Assembly (NCBI GenBank): GCA_045613945.1
Contig: JAZLBZ010000017.1
Location: 41,703 to 105,702, forward strand
DNA: 64,000 nucleotides
Reading direction: 5' to 3'
Source of the DNA: Bacteroidaceae bacterium
GTDB lineage: Bacteria; Bacteroidota; Bacteroidia; Bacteroidales; Bacteroidaceae
Below the pieces are notes generated by a model. That model searched no databases, had not been told where the DNA came from, and worked only from the letters and a program-made list of their open reading frames with translations. Each line of letters opens with the position of its first letter. Within the stretch, counting starts at the first letter, position 1. The position numbers were made by a program, and so were the translations under genes. Positions 16,640 to 25,122 of the stretch are shown here, in pieces.

Positions 16640-17293
16640 TTAATATATACGCAGCATTGTCTCGTCATCAACAACCTTACCGATGGTTGTATTGTCAGGG
16701 AGTGGGGCATTGATGCAGTCGTTAAGCAGCTGTTCGTATGACAATCCGTTTTTCACTATTGTACCTGTAATGTCGCGGAAAGTCCAAGCACCGATACGCT
16801 TGCCGTTCTCATCATATACAGGAATTACAGGGAAATCCAGCCTATGCTGCAGATGCTCTTTGAATATGTCAAGCCTGAGCAATCCGGCTGCACTATGGTT
16901 GAGCAGTGTATCGAATGGAACATAACACAAAGCCTCCAATGTCTTTTCCAAGTTCTCTACACCTTTCTCCTCGTCTTCTGCGTCATTTGCGTCAAGCGCC
17001 TTTGCCAACGCAGTGCATTTTGCATTGAGAATACTGTATGCTTTGTCTGCAAATGTAAACAGTGAGTAGTGATAGATGTAAACCATAAGGCTTGCCTGTG
17101 CTTCGGCATTCGCCAGTTGCTCGATGTTGCAAGGCAAGAGTTTTTGCGATGATGGCAACAGGTCAATAAGGGCACTCTGCAACTCGGTCAATAGAGTGCA
17201 TCCACTCTCGGCAGCTTCCAAAAGTTCTGGGTAATTATACTCCAAAAATTCTCTCATCGTGTGTGGCTGTCGGAATTTTCCTAATCTTAACAT
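16640..17293 (-). CDS. Hypothetical protein (217 aa), helical acidic N-part and a CBS-like beta-alpha-beta motif near the C-terminus
   Basis: ATG start (alternative at 17257). FPVIPVYDENGKRIGAWTFRDITGTIV resembles a single CBS motif. Confidence 0.5.
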   Translation of the reverse strand: MLRLGKFRQPHTMREFLEYNYPELLEAAESGCTLLTELQSALIDLLPSSQKLLPCNIEQLANAEAQASLMVYIYHYSLFTFADKAYSILNAKCTALAKALDANDAEDEEKGVENLEKTLEALCYVPFDTLLNHSAAGLLRLDIFKEHLQHRLDFPVIPVYDENGKRIGAWTFRDITGTIVKNGLSYEQLLNDCINAPLPDNTTIGKVVDDETMLRIY

Positions 17294-17511
17294 AGCAAAC
17301 GATTTTTATAGGTTTGTTTTATATATTCTGGTCTGTTGCTTGCCGAGCCAAGCATATATAATATAGAAACAAAAGGGAAAAATTTCAAAGTCAAAAGCCT
17401 GTTTGCTTAAAAATATTTTTCAATGCATTGATGTACAACGAGATGTTGTGTGTTAAAAATGGTTAAACAAGACTGCTGCGGCCTGCTCCATTGGGAATGG
17501 ATAGGATGGGA

Positions 17512-19212
17512 TTAGAATCCCACCCTGCGGTGTTGCTCCTTCTTGTTCAGCCTCTCTGCCGCACACTCGGCAAGCAAGGACTGCAACGGGTTCTCCAGTT
17601 CGCCGTGCAGCACCACATTGATGGAGTGTTTGCGTGCTACGTTTTCTATTTGTCCGCCGCTGAGTTCGTGGGCGTGCGCCAGGGTGGTGGCGTCGCTCTC
17701 GCTCAGTTCGGGTATCATCTGTTGCCAAATCTTTGAGCGTACGGTGGCATCGGGCTGCTCGAACTTTATCTTGTAGAGGAAACGGCGCTCAAAGGCGTTG
17801 TCAAGGTTTTCCTGCAGGTTGGTTGTGGCAATCATTATTCCGTCGAGCGTCTCCATCTCCTGCAGGATAATGTTCTGTATCGCGTTCTCCATCTTGTCAA
17901 CAGCGTTCTGCGCACCGCTCTTACGGGTGCTGATGATGGCGTCGGCCTCATTGAAGAACAGGATGGGTGCCTGTTCCCTGCGCTTGACAAGTTCGCGGTA
18001 GCGGTCGAAGAGTGCCTTGATATTCTTCTCGCTGTCGCCCACCCATTTGCTTTTTATCTGTGGCACATCTACAACCATAATCTCGCGGCCGGTGAGGCGT
18101 GCAAGCTGGTAGACGGTCTCGGTCTTTCCTGTGCCGGGGCCGCCATAGAACAGGCATGCAAAGCCGCCTCGGAACCCTCGTTTTGCCATTCTCTCGCGTA
18201 CCTGCAGGTAGTGTTCCTGTGTGAAGAACTTTGTGAGTTCGTCAATCTTGCCGCTTATAGTATCAGGGTAGAACATCTCCTTGGCGACGAGTTGCTGTGG
18301 CTGCAGCAGGTTGGCAATGCTCTCGTCGGTGGTGCATACTTCCAGTTCGGCAAGCAGTGTGCGCTTGGTGCTGTTGGTGAGTTTGTAGCGGGAGTTGTCG
18401 GCAATGCCGTCAACGCAACCGTGCTCCAGCAGTCCCATCTCAAAGAGCGCATGCTCGCCGGTGCGGAACCCGCGCTTTATTTTTTGGAATTCGCTCTTGT
18501 TGCATATTAGGTCATCCAACTGGGTGATGCGAATGTCATCGTCCTGCTTGTTGATGAGCAGGTGGCAGAAATAGACAAGTATGCCTTGCTCTCTCTTTGG
18601 CAACTTTAGGGCGTGAACTTCTTTGCTAAACCCTACATGCCCGTTGTCGTTGAGCAGCCTGGCACTCTCCTCGATGGCCTCGTCACCGGTAATGGCATCC
18701 TCGTACATATCGGTGAAAAGGGAGTTTAGGTGCTCAATGACCTCCTCGCAGGTGAGGCCTGTCCTGGGGGCAAGGGTGTAGACGCTGTTGTGCTTGAGTG
18801 CCTTGATGACGGGCGGGTAGATGTCGAACTGATCCTCGTCCCTGGCATCGCGGTAGCGTATGAGGCGGCGGCGTATGAGGGCGTTGATTTCGTCACCATA
18901 CTGCAGCATGCGTATGCTGTTGATGTTCAGGTGGCGCGCAAGGTCGTCAAGGTCAATGCGGTGCGGTCCTTTTGCCATTGCTATGCAAAAGAGCACCGCC
19001 TGTGTCTCGCTGATGCCGTAACTCTTGGCAAGGTATTTTATCTCGCGGCTTGCGCCCTTGAGTTGTGTTGCCTTGAGTTGTGAATCCTTAGACTTCTCAA
19101 TGACAGTCTCAATTGCGTCAATGAGTGTGAGTGTTTTTTCGCTTTTCTTTGATGTGCGCTTACCTGTTGTCTTTGCACTCTCTTTTGTTTCCATATTTTC
19201 GCGTTTTTGCAT
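17512..19212 (-). CDS. Classic-clade AAA+ ATPase with a unique N-terminal region of about 330 aa
   Basis: Walker A is LFYGGPGTGKT. Walker B is the unusual ILFFNEAD (Asn where Asp is expected). Sensor-1 is IATTN and the second region of homology is NAFERRF. Single AAA module at the C-terminus. Confidence 0.85.
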   Translation of the reverse strand: MQKRENMETKESAKTTGKRTSKKSEKTLTLIDAIETVIEKSKDSQLKATQLKGASREIKYLAKSYGISETQAVLFCIAMAKGPHRIDLDDLARHLNINSIRMLQYGDEINALIRRRLIRYRDARDEDQFDIYPPVIKALKHNSVYTLAPRTGLTCEEVIEHLNSLFTDMYEDAITGDEAIEESARLLNDNGHVGFSKEVHALKLPKREQGILVYFCHLLINKQDDDIRITQLDDLICNKSEFQKIKRGFRTGEHALFEMGLLEHGCVDGIADNSRYKLTNSTKRTLLAELEVCTTDESIANLLQPQQLVAKEMFYPDTISGKIDELTKFFTQEHYLQVRERMAKRGFRGGFACLFYGGPGTGKTETVYQLARLTGREIMVVDVPQIKSKWVGDSEKNIKALFDRYRELVKRREQAPILFFNEADAIISTRKSGAQNAVDKMENAIQNIILQEMETLDGIMIATTNLQENLDNAFERRFLYKIKFEQPDATVRSKIWQQMIPELSESDATTLAHAHELSGGQIENVARKHSINVVLHGELENPLQSLLAECAAERLNKKEQHRRVGF

Positions 19213-19264
19213 AATATAGAAACCGAAGGCAAAAAAATCAATGTGAAGTGTTATATTTAATAAA

Positions 19265-19302
19265 ATTTAACAGATGGCAAACCGGTTTGCCATCTGTTAA
19301 AT
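19265..19302. terminator. Perfect 38-nt palindrome / terminator after the nan operon
   Basis: atttaacagatggcaaacc|ggtttgccatctgttaaat. It lies 30 nt downstream of the transporter stop at 19333. Confidence 0.7.
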
Positions 19303-19332
19303 TAGTGCTTTGGATTCTGGTTTTTCTTGACG

Positions 19333-21876
19333 CTACTTGCTGCTCTTGAAGTATGATCCTAGCGATAGTACCCATGCCACAGCAATGCTTACCGCCATGC
19401 CAATGGCACCGAATAGGAGGAAGTTTGCGTCGGTGTTCTTGCTCATCCAGAATACAACAACTTCACCCGCAATGAAACCGGTGAGTGCTGCATGTCCCTT
19501 TACGCGCTTCATGAACACAGCAATGAAGAATAGACCGCCCAAGCCACTGGTGAGCAGTCCAAGTGCCTCGTTGAAGAAGTCGAGGAACGACTGTATTTCC
19601 CATGTTGCCATGAACAGGGCAAGCAACAGGCCAACCATACCGCTGACAACCGATGCCCAGCGTGCAACGCTCACAAGTTGCGAGTCGCTAGTAGTGGGGC
19701 GGAAACGTTTCCAGAAGTCGATGGAGAAGGCTGTGGCAACGCTGTTGATGTTACTTGAAATGGTGCTCATTGTTGCGGCAAATATTGCGGCAATGAGTGC
19801 GCCGGCAATGCCTGCTGGCATCTGGCTCATCATGAAGAATGGGAAGATGGCATCCGATTGCCCCATTGTTACATCAAGTTCTGCTGGGTGGGTCTTGTAG
19901 AATGTGTAAAGTCCTGTTCCAATCATGTAGAACGCCACTGACACGAACACGCTCATTACACCATTTACAAGAATGCCACGACCGGCCGACTTTGCGTCGG
20001 GTGTGGTGAGGTAGCGCTGTATGACGGTCTGGTCCGAAGTGTATGAGATAAGATTATTCGCCAGACCGCCAAGTATGATTACCCACCAGGTTGCGTGTGA
20101 CCAGGAATTACTGAAATCGAATAGGCGCAGTTTGTCGTTCTCCAAAGCAATGTCAATGCAGCCGCCAATTCCACCCTCTGTTCCAACAGCCAGGTATACT
20201 ACTGCAAAAATGGCTCCGAATACGAGGATTAGACCTTGTACCACATCGCCCCAGATGACAGCCTCCACGCCTCCCATTGTACAATAGACAATAGTGACAA
20301 GTCCCATGAGCACAATGCACAGGTAGATGTCGATGCCTGTCACTGCTGTGAGTGCCAGGGAGGGCAGGTAGAGCACAATTGCCATGCGTACAATCATGAA
20401 TATGCAGAAGAGTGTCGATGCCAGCATGCGGGTGAAGAGGTTGAAACGCTGTTCAAGTATCTCGTAGGCGCTGGTGACGTTGAGTTTGCGGAAGTAGGGG
20501 AGGTAGTACTTTATTACCGGGAAACTCACCAGCAGTATCATCCATAGCATGGGGTAGTAGGTCCAGTCTGTTGTGTAGGCCTTTGCAGGGATGGTCATAT
20601 ATGTGATTGCCGAGAGCATGGTGGCATATATACTTATACCGGCAGCCCACCAGGGGATGCGCCCGCCGCCCTTGAAGAAGTCATCCGCGCCGTTCTCCTT
20701 GCGCATGAAGTAGACGCCCATACCAAGCATTGCTGCCAAATATAGAACAAGTACAGTCCAGTTGAGCCATCCGAAGTCCTTTTCGTTGCTCACCTCAATG
20801 TGTGAGACTTCGGCGCTGCGCACACCGGGCATCAGTTCGCCACCGCTGTAACTCCAGCCTTTGCCTTCCGCCTCGGGTGTGAGGCAGGCACCGGCACGTG
20901 CCAGAAGGCTGTTGCCGGGCAAAGTGCCCCAAGAGTCGGTGATGGTGTGGTAGGTGAGTACATCTTCGCGGAATTTGTACCATTCGGGTGTGTGGCGTAG
21001 ATAGAGACTGTCCTGTCTGCCTTCAATGGCGCTTTTGAAGATGTCATGGTCAACGCCACCAAAGAAGAGCACGTGGCTGTAGCCCATAGGTGCGCAGGTG
21101 CTGCCCACAACGGCCTGTATCTGCTGCTTGCGCTTGCCATCAGCGGTGTTGTCTATCCACGCCATTGCCGACGAGGTGCGTTTCCATTGAGCGGGAGCAA
21201 CGTTGCCTTTCTTTAGTTCTGCGATGGGAATATAGACACCATCGGTGTGTACGTCGGCCTCTATCCCCTCCGCTTTGGGCTGGTATCCGCCAAAGACAAA
21301 GAGCGCATATCCGGCGGCAGTGTTCTGCACTGCTACACATGGCTGCAGGCGACACTCATCGGGCAATGTCGCAACAATGCTCCATGCACCGCTTTCCGCT
21401 TTCACCTTTCCGTTTGGAAATGCCAATGCATATACATTTTTGTTTGGCGTGCCGTTTGTCTGTCCTCCGGCTACCCAAACTATGCCATCGTAATATGTGG
21501 CAGCAAAGTTATCCAACCCTACAGGCAAAGAAACTATTGGGGTGGCAGTGCCGTCGGTAGCATTGATGAACAGGCACTCGTTGAGCGAGGATGCTGCATC
21601 CATGCCGCCAAGATATACGGTGCCGCCAGGTACCTGAACGCTGGCGCCGTAGGCTCGTGGATAGTATACCTTCTCTCCGCCATCGGCGCATGGAACATTG
21701 GGGAAATTGCATCCGCCATATGTTGCCAGGCCGCCGTCCGTCCAGGCTGCATAGTGGCCCGAGACGGCCTTGTCCAATGGTTGGGCAGGCGACACGCTGA
21801 CCTTGTTCTGTGCAATGCCGAATATTGAGCAGAGGAGAAGAAGTGATAATATGATATGTCTTTTCATAAAGTGCAT
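19333..21876 (-). CDS. Fusion protein: signal peptide plus Kelch/NanM-like sialic-acid mutarotase domain plus sodium:solute symporter (SSS) sialate-transporter-like domain
   Basis: The N-terminal 375 aa or so carries Kelch-type GG/W repeats (YGGCNF, VYLGGMD, VWVAGGQ, LFVFGGY, VLFFGGV). From GWLNWTVLVLYLAAMLG... onward there are about 13 TM helices of SSS type. The ATG at 21876 overlaps the upstream stop as TAATG (the track TTG start is at 21897). Confidence 0.75.
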   Translation of the reverse strand: MHFMKRHIILSLLLLCSIFGIAQNKVSVSPAQPLDKAVSGHYAAWTDGGLATYGGCNFPNVPCADGGEKVYYPRAYGASVQVPGGTVYLGGMDAASSLNECLFINATDGTATPIVSLPVGLDNFAATYYDGIVWVAGGQTNGTPNKNVYALAFPNGKVKAESGAWSIVATLPDECRLQPCVAVQNTAAGYALFVFGGYQPKAEGIEADVHTDGVYIPIAELKKGNVAPAQWKRTSSAMAWIDNTADGKRKQQIQAVVGSTCAPMGYSHVLFFGGVDHDIFKSAIEGRQDSLYLRHTPEWYKFREDVLTYHTITDSWGTLPGNSLLARAGACLTPEAEGKGWSYSGGELMPGVRSAEVSHIEVSNEKDFGWLNWTVLVLYLAAMLGMGVYFMRKENGADDFFKGGGRIPWWAAGISIYATMLSAITYMTIPAKAYTTDWTYYPMLWMILLVSFPVIKYYLPYFRKLNVTSAYEILEQRFNLFTRMLASTLFCIFMIVRMAIVLYLPSLALTAVTGIDIYLCIVLMGLVTIVYCTMGGVEAVIWGDVVQGLILVFGAIFAVVYLAVGTEGGIGGCIDIALENDKLRLFDFSNSWSHATWWVIILGGLANNLISYTSDQTVIQRYLTTPDAKSAGRGILVNGVMSVFVSVAFYMIGTGLYTFYKTHPAELDVTMGQSDAIFPFFMMSQMPAGIAGALIAAIFAATMSTISSNINSVATAFSIDFWKRFRPTTSDSQLVSVARWASVVSGMVGLLLALFMATWEIQSFLDFFNEALGLLTSGLGGLFFIAVFMKRVKGHAALTGFIAGEVVVFWMSKNTDANFLLFGAIGMAVSIAVAWVLSLGSYFKSSK

Positions 21877-23051
21877 TATTTTGTCAGTTCTTTGCAAAGG
21901 TCAAATGACTTTATCATCATGCGTGGGATGTGGAACGGTCCTTTGAAGATGTTGCCTTTGGCGGGCTGTGCCACAGTGCCGTCGCGGTGCAGGTAGCCAT
22001 ACCACTCGCCACACTCGCTGTCGGGGAAGTGGGCGTATGTCCACTCGCTTATCTGCTTGTGCCAGATGAGGTACTTGTCGTCGCCTGTAGCCTCGTAGGC
22101 ATAGAGTGTGGCGATGATTGCCTCGGTCTGTGGCCACCAGAACTTCATGTCCTGTGAGTAGTCCTGTGGCGGCAGGTTACGGCAGTCGCGGAAGTTGATG
22201 ATGCCGCCATACTGCTTGTCCCAGCCCCATTCCCATGACCAGTCGAGGATTTCCAGTGCCTGCGCGGTGAGTTCCTTGTCCCAGCCTCGGTATTTTGCCT
22301 CCTCGAGCAGGAACCATGCTGTCTCAATGCAGTGTCCGGGGTTGATGAGTCGTCCGTTGATGGTGTCAATGAACTCGCCATTGGGGCCCACCATCTCAAG
22401 CAGTGCCTTGAACTCGGGCTTCATGAAGTCCTTGAGCGATGCTATTGACTCGTTAATCTGCTCGTCGAGCACAGGGTCGCTGATAACGTTGCGTATGCGC
22501 GATGCGGTGTTGATGAGAATCATTACCAAAGAGTGACCCTTTGCCTGCAGTGATGGTAGATATTTTGGCTCCATGTAGCCGGGGGTGGCAACGAACTTGC
22601 GTATGTCCTTGAACAGGTCAAGTGCTTTCCGAGCATATGTCATGTCGCCGCTTGCTTTGGCATACTCGGCCATTGCAATGGCTGCAAAACTTTCCGAGAA
22701 AACATAGCGGCGTTTGCGCAGTGGTGTGCCGTCGGCCATTACCTCAAAGTACATGCGGCCGTCGGTGTCAAAGCAGTGTGCCTCAATGAAATCTATGGTG
22801 CTCTTTGCGGCAGCAAGCCACTCGGGGTTCTTCTCTATTGTATTGTATGCAAAACTGCATACAAAGGCAAAGCGGCCCTGGAACCATACGGACTTTGTGG
22901 TGTCGATGAGCGAGCCGTCGCGGTCGACGCAGGTGTATACGCCGCCATGCACGCGGTCTAGTCCGTTCTTTAGCCAAAAGGGCATTATATCGTTTACAAG
23001 GTCGTCGCGGTACTTCTGCGACCATCCATTCAAATATTCATTCCAATTCAT
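21876..23051 (-). CDS. N-acylglucosamine 2-epimerase (AGE/RenBP family; ManNAc to GlcNAc step of Bacteroides-type sialate catabolism)
   Basis: MNWNEYLNGWSQKYRDDLVNDIMPFWLKNGLDRVHGGVYTCVDRDG... and later (alpha/alpha)6-barrel motifs typical of AGE enzymes. It sits between nanA and the transporter. Confidence 0.8.
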   Translation of the reverse strand: MNWNEYLNGWSQKYRDDLVNDIMPFWLKNGLDRVHGGVYTCVDRDGSLIDTTKSVWFQGRFAFVCSFAYNTIEKNPEWLAAAKSTIDFIEAHCFDTDGRMYFEVMADGTPLRKRRYVFSESFAAIAMAEYAKASGDMTYARKALDLFKDIRKFVATPGYMEPKYLPSLQAKGHSLVMILINTASRIRNVISDPVLDEQINESIASLKDFMKPEFKALLEMVGPNGEFIDTINGRLINPGHCIETAWFLLEEAKYRGWDKELTAQALEILDWSWEWGWDKQYGGIINFRDCRNLPPQDYSQDMKFWWPQTEAIIATLYAYEATGDDKYLIWHKQISEWTYAHFPDSECGEWYGYLHRDGTVAQPAKGNIFKGPFHIPRMMIKSFDLCKELTK

Positions 23052-23141
23052 AGTGTTGTCGTATTATATTCGGGATGACATATATCGCGTATTTGTCATT
23101 TCGAACGTATGTGAGAAATCTTGATATCCCTACAAGGGTTT

Positions 23142-24059
23142 TTAGAACTTGTTGCAGCGCTCGAAGAAGTTGATAGCCTCCAGTTCCTTGCGCATTGCAG
23201 CCTCCTCCTCGTCGGTCATGTTCTGGAAAGGAGTGCGGTTCTTTCCCAAGTCAAGACCAATGAGTTTCATTATGCGCTTGCCGCCAACGATGTTGCCACG
23301 ATAGTGACAGATGACGTTGATGACCTCCTGTGAGAAGTTCTGCAGTTCGCGTGCCTTCTCAAGGTCGCCAGCGTTCCAGGCGTTAATTATGCCGGCAAGG
23401 TTGCAGCCGTTATAGTTGGTTGTACCGCCTATGCCACCCTGCGCACCGCCCATAGCAAGGCAAGGAAGGATGGTCTCGTCCTGTCCGTGAAGCATATCGA
23501 ACTTGCCGTTCTTGTACAGGCGGCACTGGTTGTACTCGTAAAGGCTCTCGAAAGTGTACTTGATTCCTGCGAAGTTGGGGATGCGTCCGTCAACAGCCTC
23601 AAGGAACTTTACCATTGGAAGGAATGCACCGTTGAAAGCAGGGATGTGGTAGAAGTAGAATGGCAATTCGGGGGCTGCCGATGCTATCTCCTCGCAATAC
23701 TTTACCAGTTCCTCAACGCGTCCAACCTTTGGGAATGGAGGTGCCATTGCGCCAATGCCGAACACGCCCATCTTCTGTGCATGCTCGGCCATTCTGCGGC
23801 TCGATTTTACACAGGTGCTGCCAACGTGGACAATAATCTTGAAACCCTCGGGTGCTGCTGCTACCCACGCCTCGGTGAGTTTTATGCGTTCCTCCTCGGT
23901 GAGCATGTATCCCTCGCCCGATGAACCGTTGATAAATACGCCCTTCATGCCATTCTTTGCAAGCATCTGAGCGTATGCTGGTATTGGTTCGTAATTCACT
24001 TCGCCGTTCTCATAAAAAGGAGTAAAAGGGGCATCAATCAGGCCGATAATCTTTTCCAT
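23142..24059 (-). CDS. nanA: N-acetylneuraminate lyase (DHDPS/NAL family)
   Basis: GVFINGSSGEGYMLTEEER, plus the Schiff-base lysine context NFAGIKYT. 305 aa. First gene of the nan operon. Confidence 0.85.
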   Translation of the reverse strand: MEKIIGLIDAPFTPFYENGEVNYEPIPAYAQMLAKNGMKGVFINGSSGEGYMLTEEERIKLTEAWVAAAPEGFKIIVHVGSTCVKSSRRMAEHAQKMGVFGIGAMAPPFPKVGRVEELVKYCEEIASAAPELPFYFYHIPAFNGAFLPMVKFLEAVDGRIPNFAGIKYTFESLYEYNQCRLYKNGKFDMLHGQDETILPCLAMGGAQGGIGGTTNYNGCNLAGIINAWNAGDLEKARELQNFSQEVINVICHYRGNIVGGKRIMKLIGLDLGKNRTPFQNMTDEEEAAMRKELEAINFFERCNKF

Positions 24060-24221
24060 AATCTATTATAATGTTATAAGTTAATACATTGTGATTTGCG
24101 CGCAGATGCACGCATGTTATAATCTACAAAAAAAAGAAAAAATATCCTAAACCGCAAATTTGCCTGTGAAAATGTGAATGAATAGTTGCTGCTTTATTAT
24201 CTTCGCGCAAATGAATTGTCA

Positions 24222-24896
24222 ATGAACATTAAACCGATAGCATATTATCGTTCGTCCTTGACTACAAAGTTCGGTGTGCCGCGTCAGAGCGGCCTTGTGC
24301 CGGAACTTGTAGGGCGCATTGTTTTTGAGCCGGAGTATCGTGATGCCGATGCTTTGCGTGGCATTGAGGGTTTTGATTACTTGTGGCTAATCTGGGAATT
24401 CTCGCTTAACGGAAAGAGGGAGGGCGAGTGGTCGCCGCTTGTGCGCCCTCCGCTGCTTGGCGGCAATGAGTACATGGGTGTGTTTGCCACGCGTTCTCCC
24501 TTTCGTCCCAACGCGTTGGGGCTATCGTCGGTGCGTCTGCTTGGCGTGGAGGATGGCGCGCTTGTTGTTGCAGGCGCCGACCTTGTTGACGGTACTCCAG
24601 TTTATGATATAAAGCCTTATGTGGAGTATGCCGATGCGCACGTTGGTGTGCGCAATGGCTTTGTGGATGAAAGGCGTTGGGAGAAGGTTGAGGTTCATTT
24701 CCCTCATGAACTGCGCGTGCTATTCAGCGATGAGGATTTTGCTGCTCTTTGCAAGATACTGGAACTTGATCCACGCCCGCAGTATCACAATGACCCTGAC
24801 AGAGTGTATGGCATGCCTTTTGCCGGATATGATGTAAGGTTCAAGGTCTCCAATGAAGGAGTGCTGGAGGTTGTTGGGGTTAAAGGTGAAAACTGA
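24222..24896 (+). CDS. trmO: tRNA (t6A37) methyltransferase TrmO (TsaA/YaeB, UPF0066)
   Basis: GVPRQSGLVPE..., GIEGFDYLWLIWEF, FATRSPFRPNALGLSSVRLL, DLVDGTPVYDIKPYV. ATG at 24222 (the track start at 24186 is TTG). Confidence 0.85.
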   Translation: MNIKPIAYYRSSLTTKFGVPRQSGLVPELVGRIVFEPEYRDADALRGIEGFDYLWLIWEFSLNGKREGEWSPLVRPPLLGGNEYMGVFATRSPFRPNALGLSSVRLLGVEDGALVVAGADLVDGTPVYDIKPYVEYADAHVGVRNGFVDERRWEKVEVHFPHELRVLFSDEDFAALCKILELDPRPQYHNDPDRVYGMPFAGYDVRFKVSNEGVLEVVGVKGEN

Positions 24897-24940
24897 AAAG
24901 TGAAAACTGAAAACTGAAATGTGAAAGGTCAAAAGTAAGA
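24885..24940 (+). repeat. Eight tandem heptamers (NNTGAAA) spanning the trmO stop codon
   Basis: ggtgaaa actgaaa agtgaaa actgaaa actgaaa tgtgaaa ggtcaaa agtaaga. The TGA stop lies inside unit 2. Confidence 0.8.
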
Positions 24941-25067
24941 AATGCGGCTGGCAGATTTTTTACATTTCTGCATTCTTTCCAATATTATTCAAAGTAAAGG
25001 TGTCGCGTCGTGGCTACTGAACCATCTTTTTTCTTCTTGTTGTTAAATATAAAGGTGAAGCAAAGAA

Positions 25068-25100
25068 AAATCCCTGCCGCAAATTTTGCGGCAGGGATTT
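25068..25100. terminator. Bidirectional terminator (16-bp perfect palindrome)
   Basis: aaatccctgccgcaaa t tttgcggcagggattt. It lies between convergent trmO and ppiD. Confidence 0.7.
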
Positions 25101-25122
25101 GAACATATGTACGGGTTGGGAA

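Noticed and set aside
17500-17535. tRNA-like T-arm (gtgggattagaatcccac).
   Set aside because: It lies inside the 3' end of the AAA+ ATPase ORF (HRRVGF-stop). The loop is not the TTCGAAT/TTCAAAT type, and no acceptor or anticodon arms are evident.
8142-19264. Prophage, ICE or transposon identity for the accessory island.
   Set aside because: The window contains no integrase, transposase, relaxase, capsid, tail or conjugation genes, no flanking direct repeats and no tRNA target. Only compositional and content arguments support a foreign origin.
24154-24163. 10-bp palindrome gcaaatttgc in the nanA/trmO divergent region as a NanR-type operator.
   Set aside because: It is short enough to occur by chance. 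No regulator gene is in the operon and no second half-site or promoter overlap could be established.
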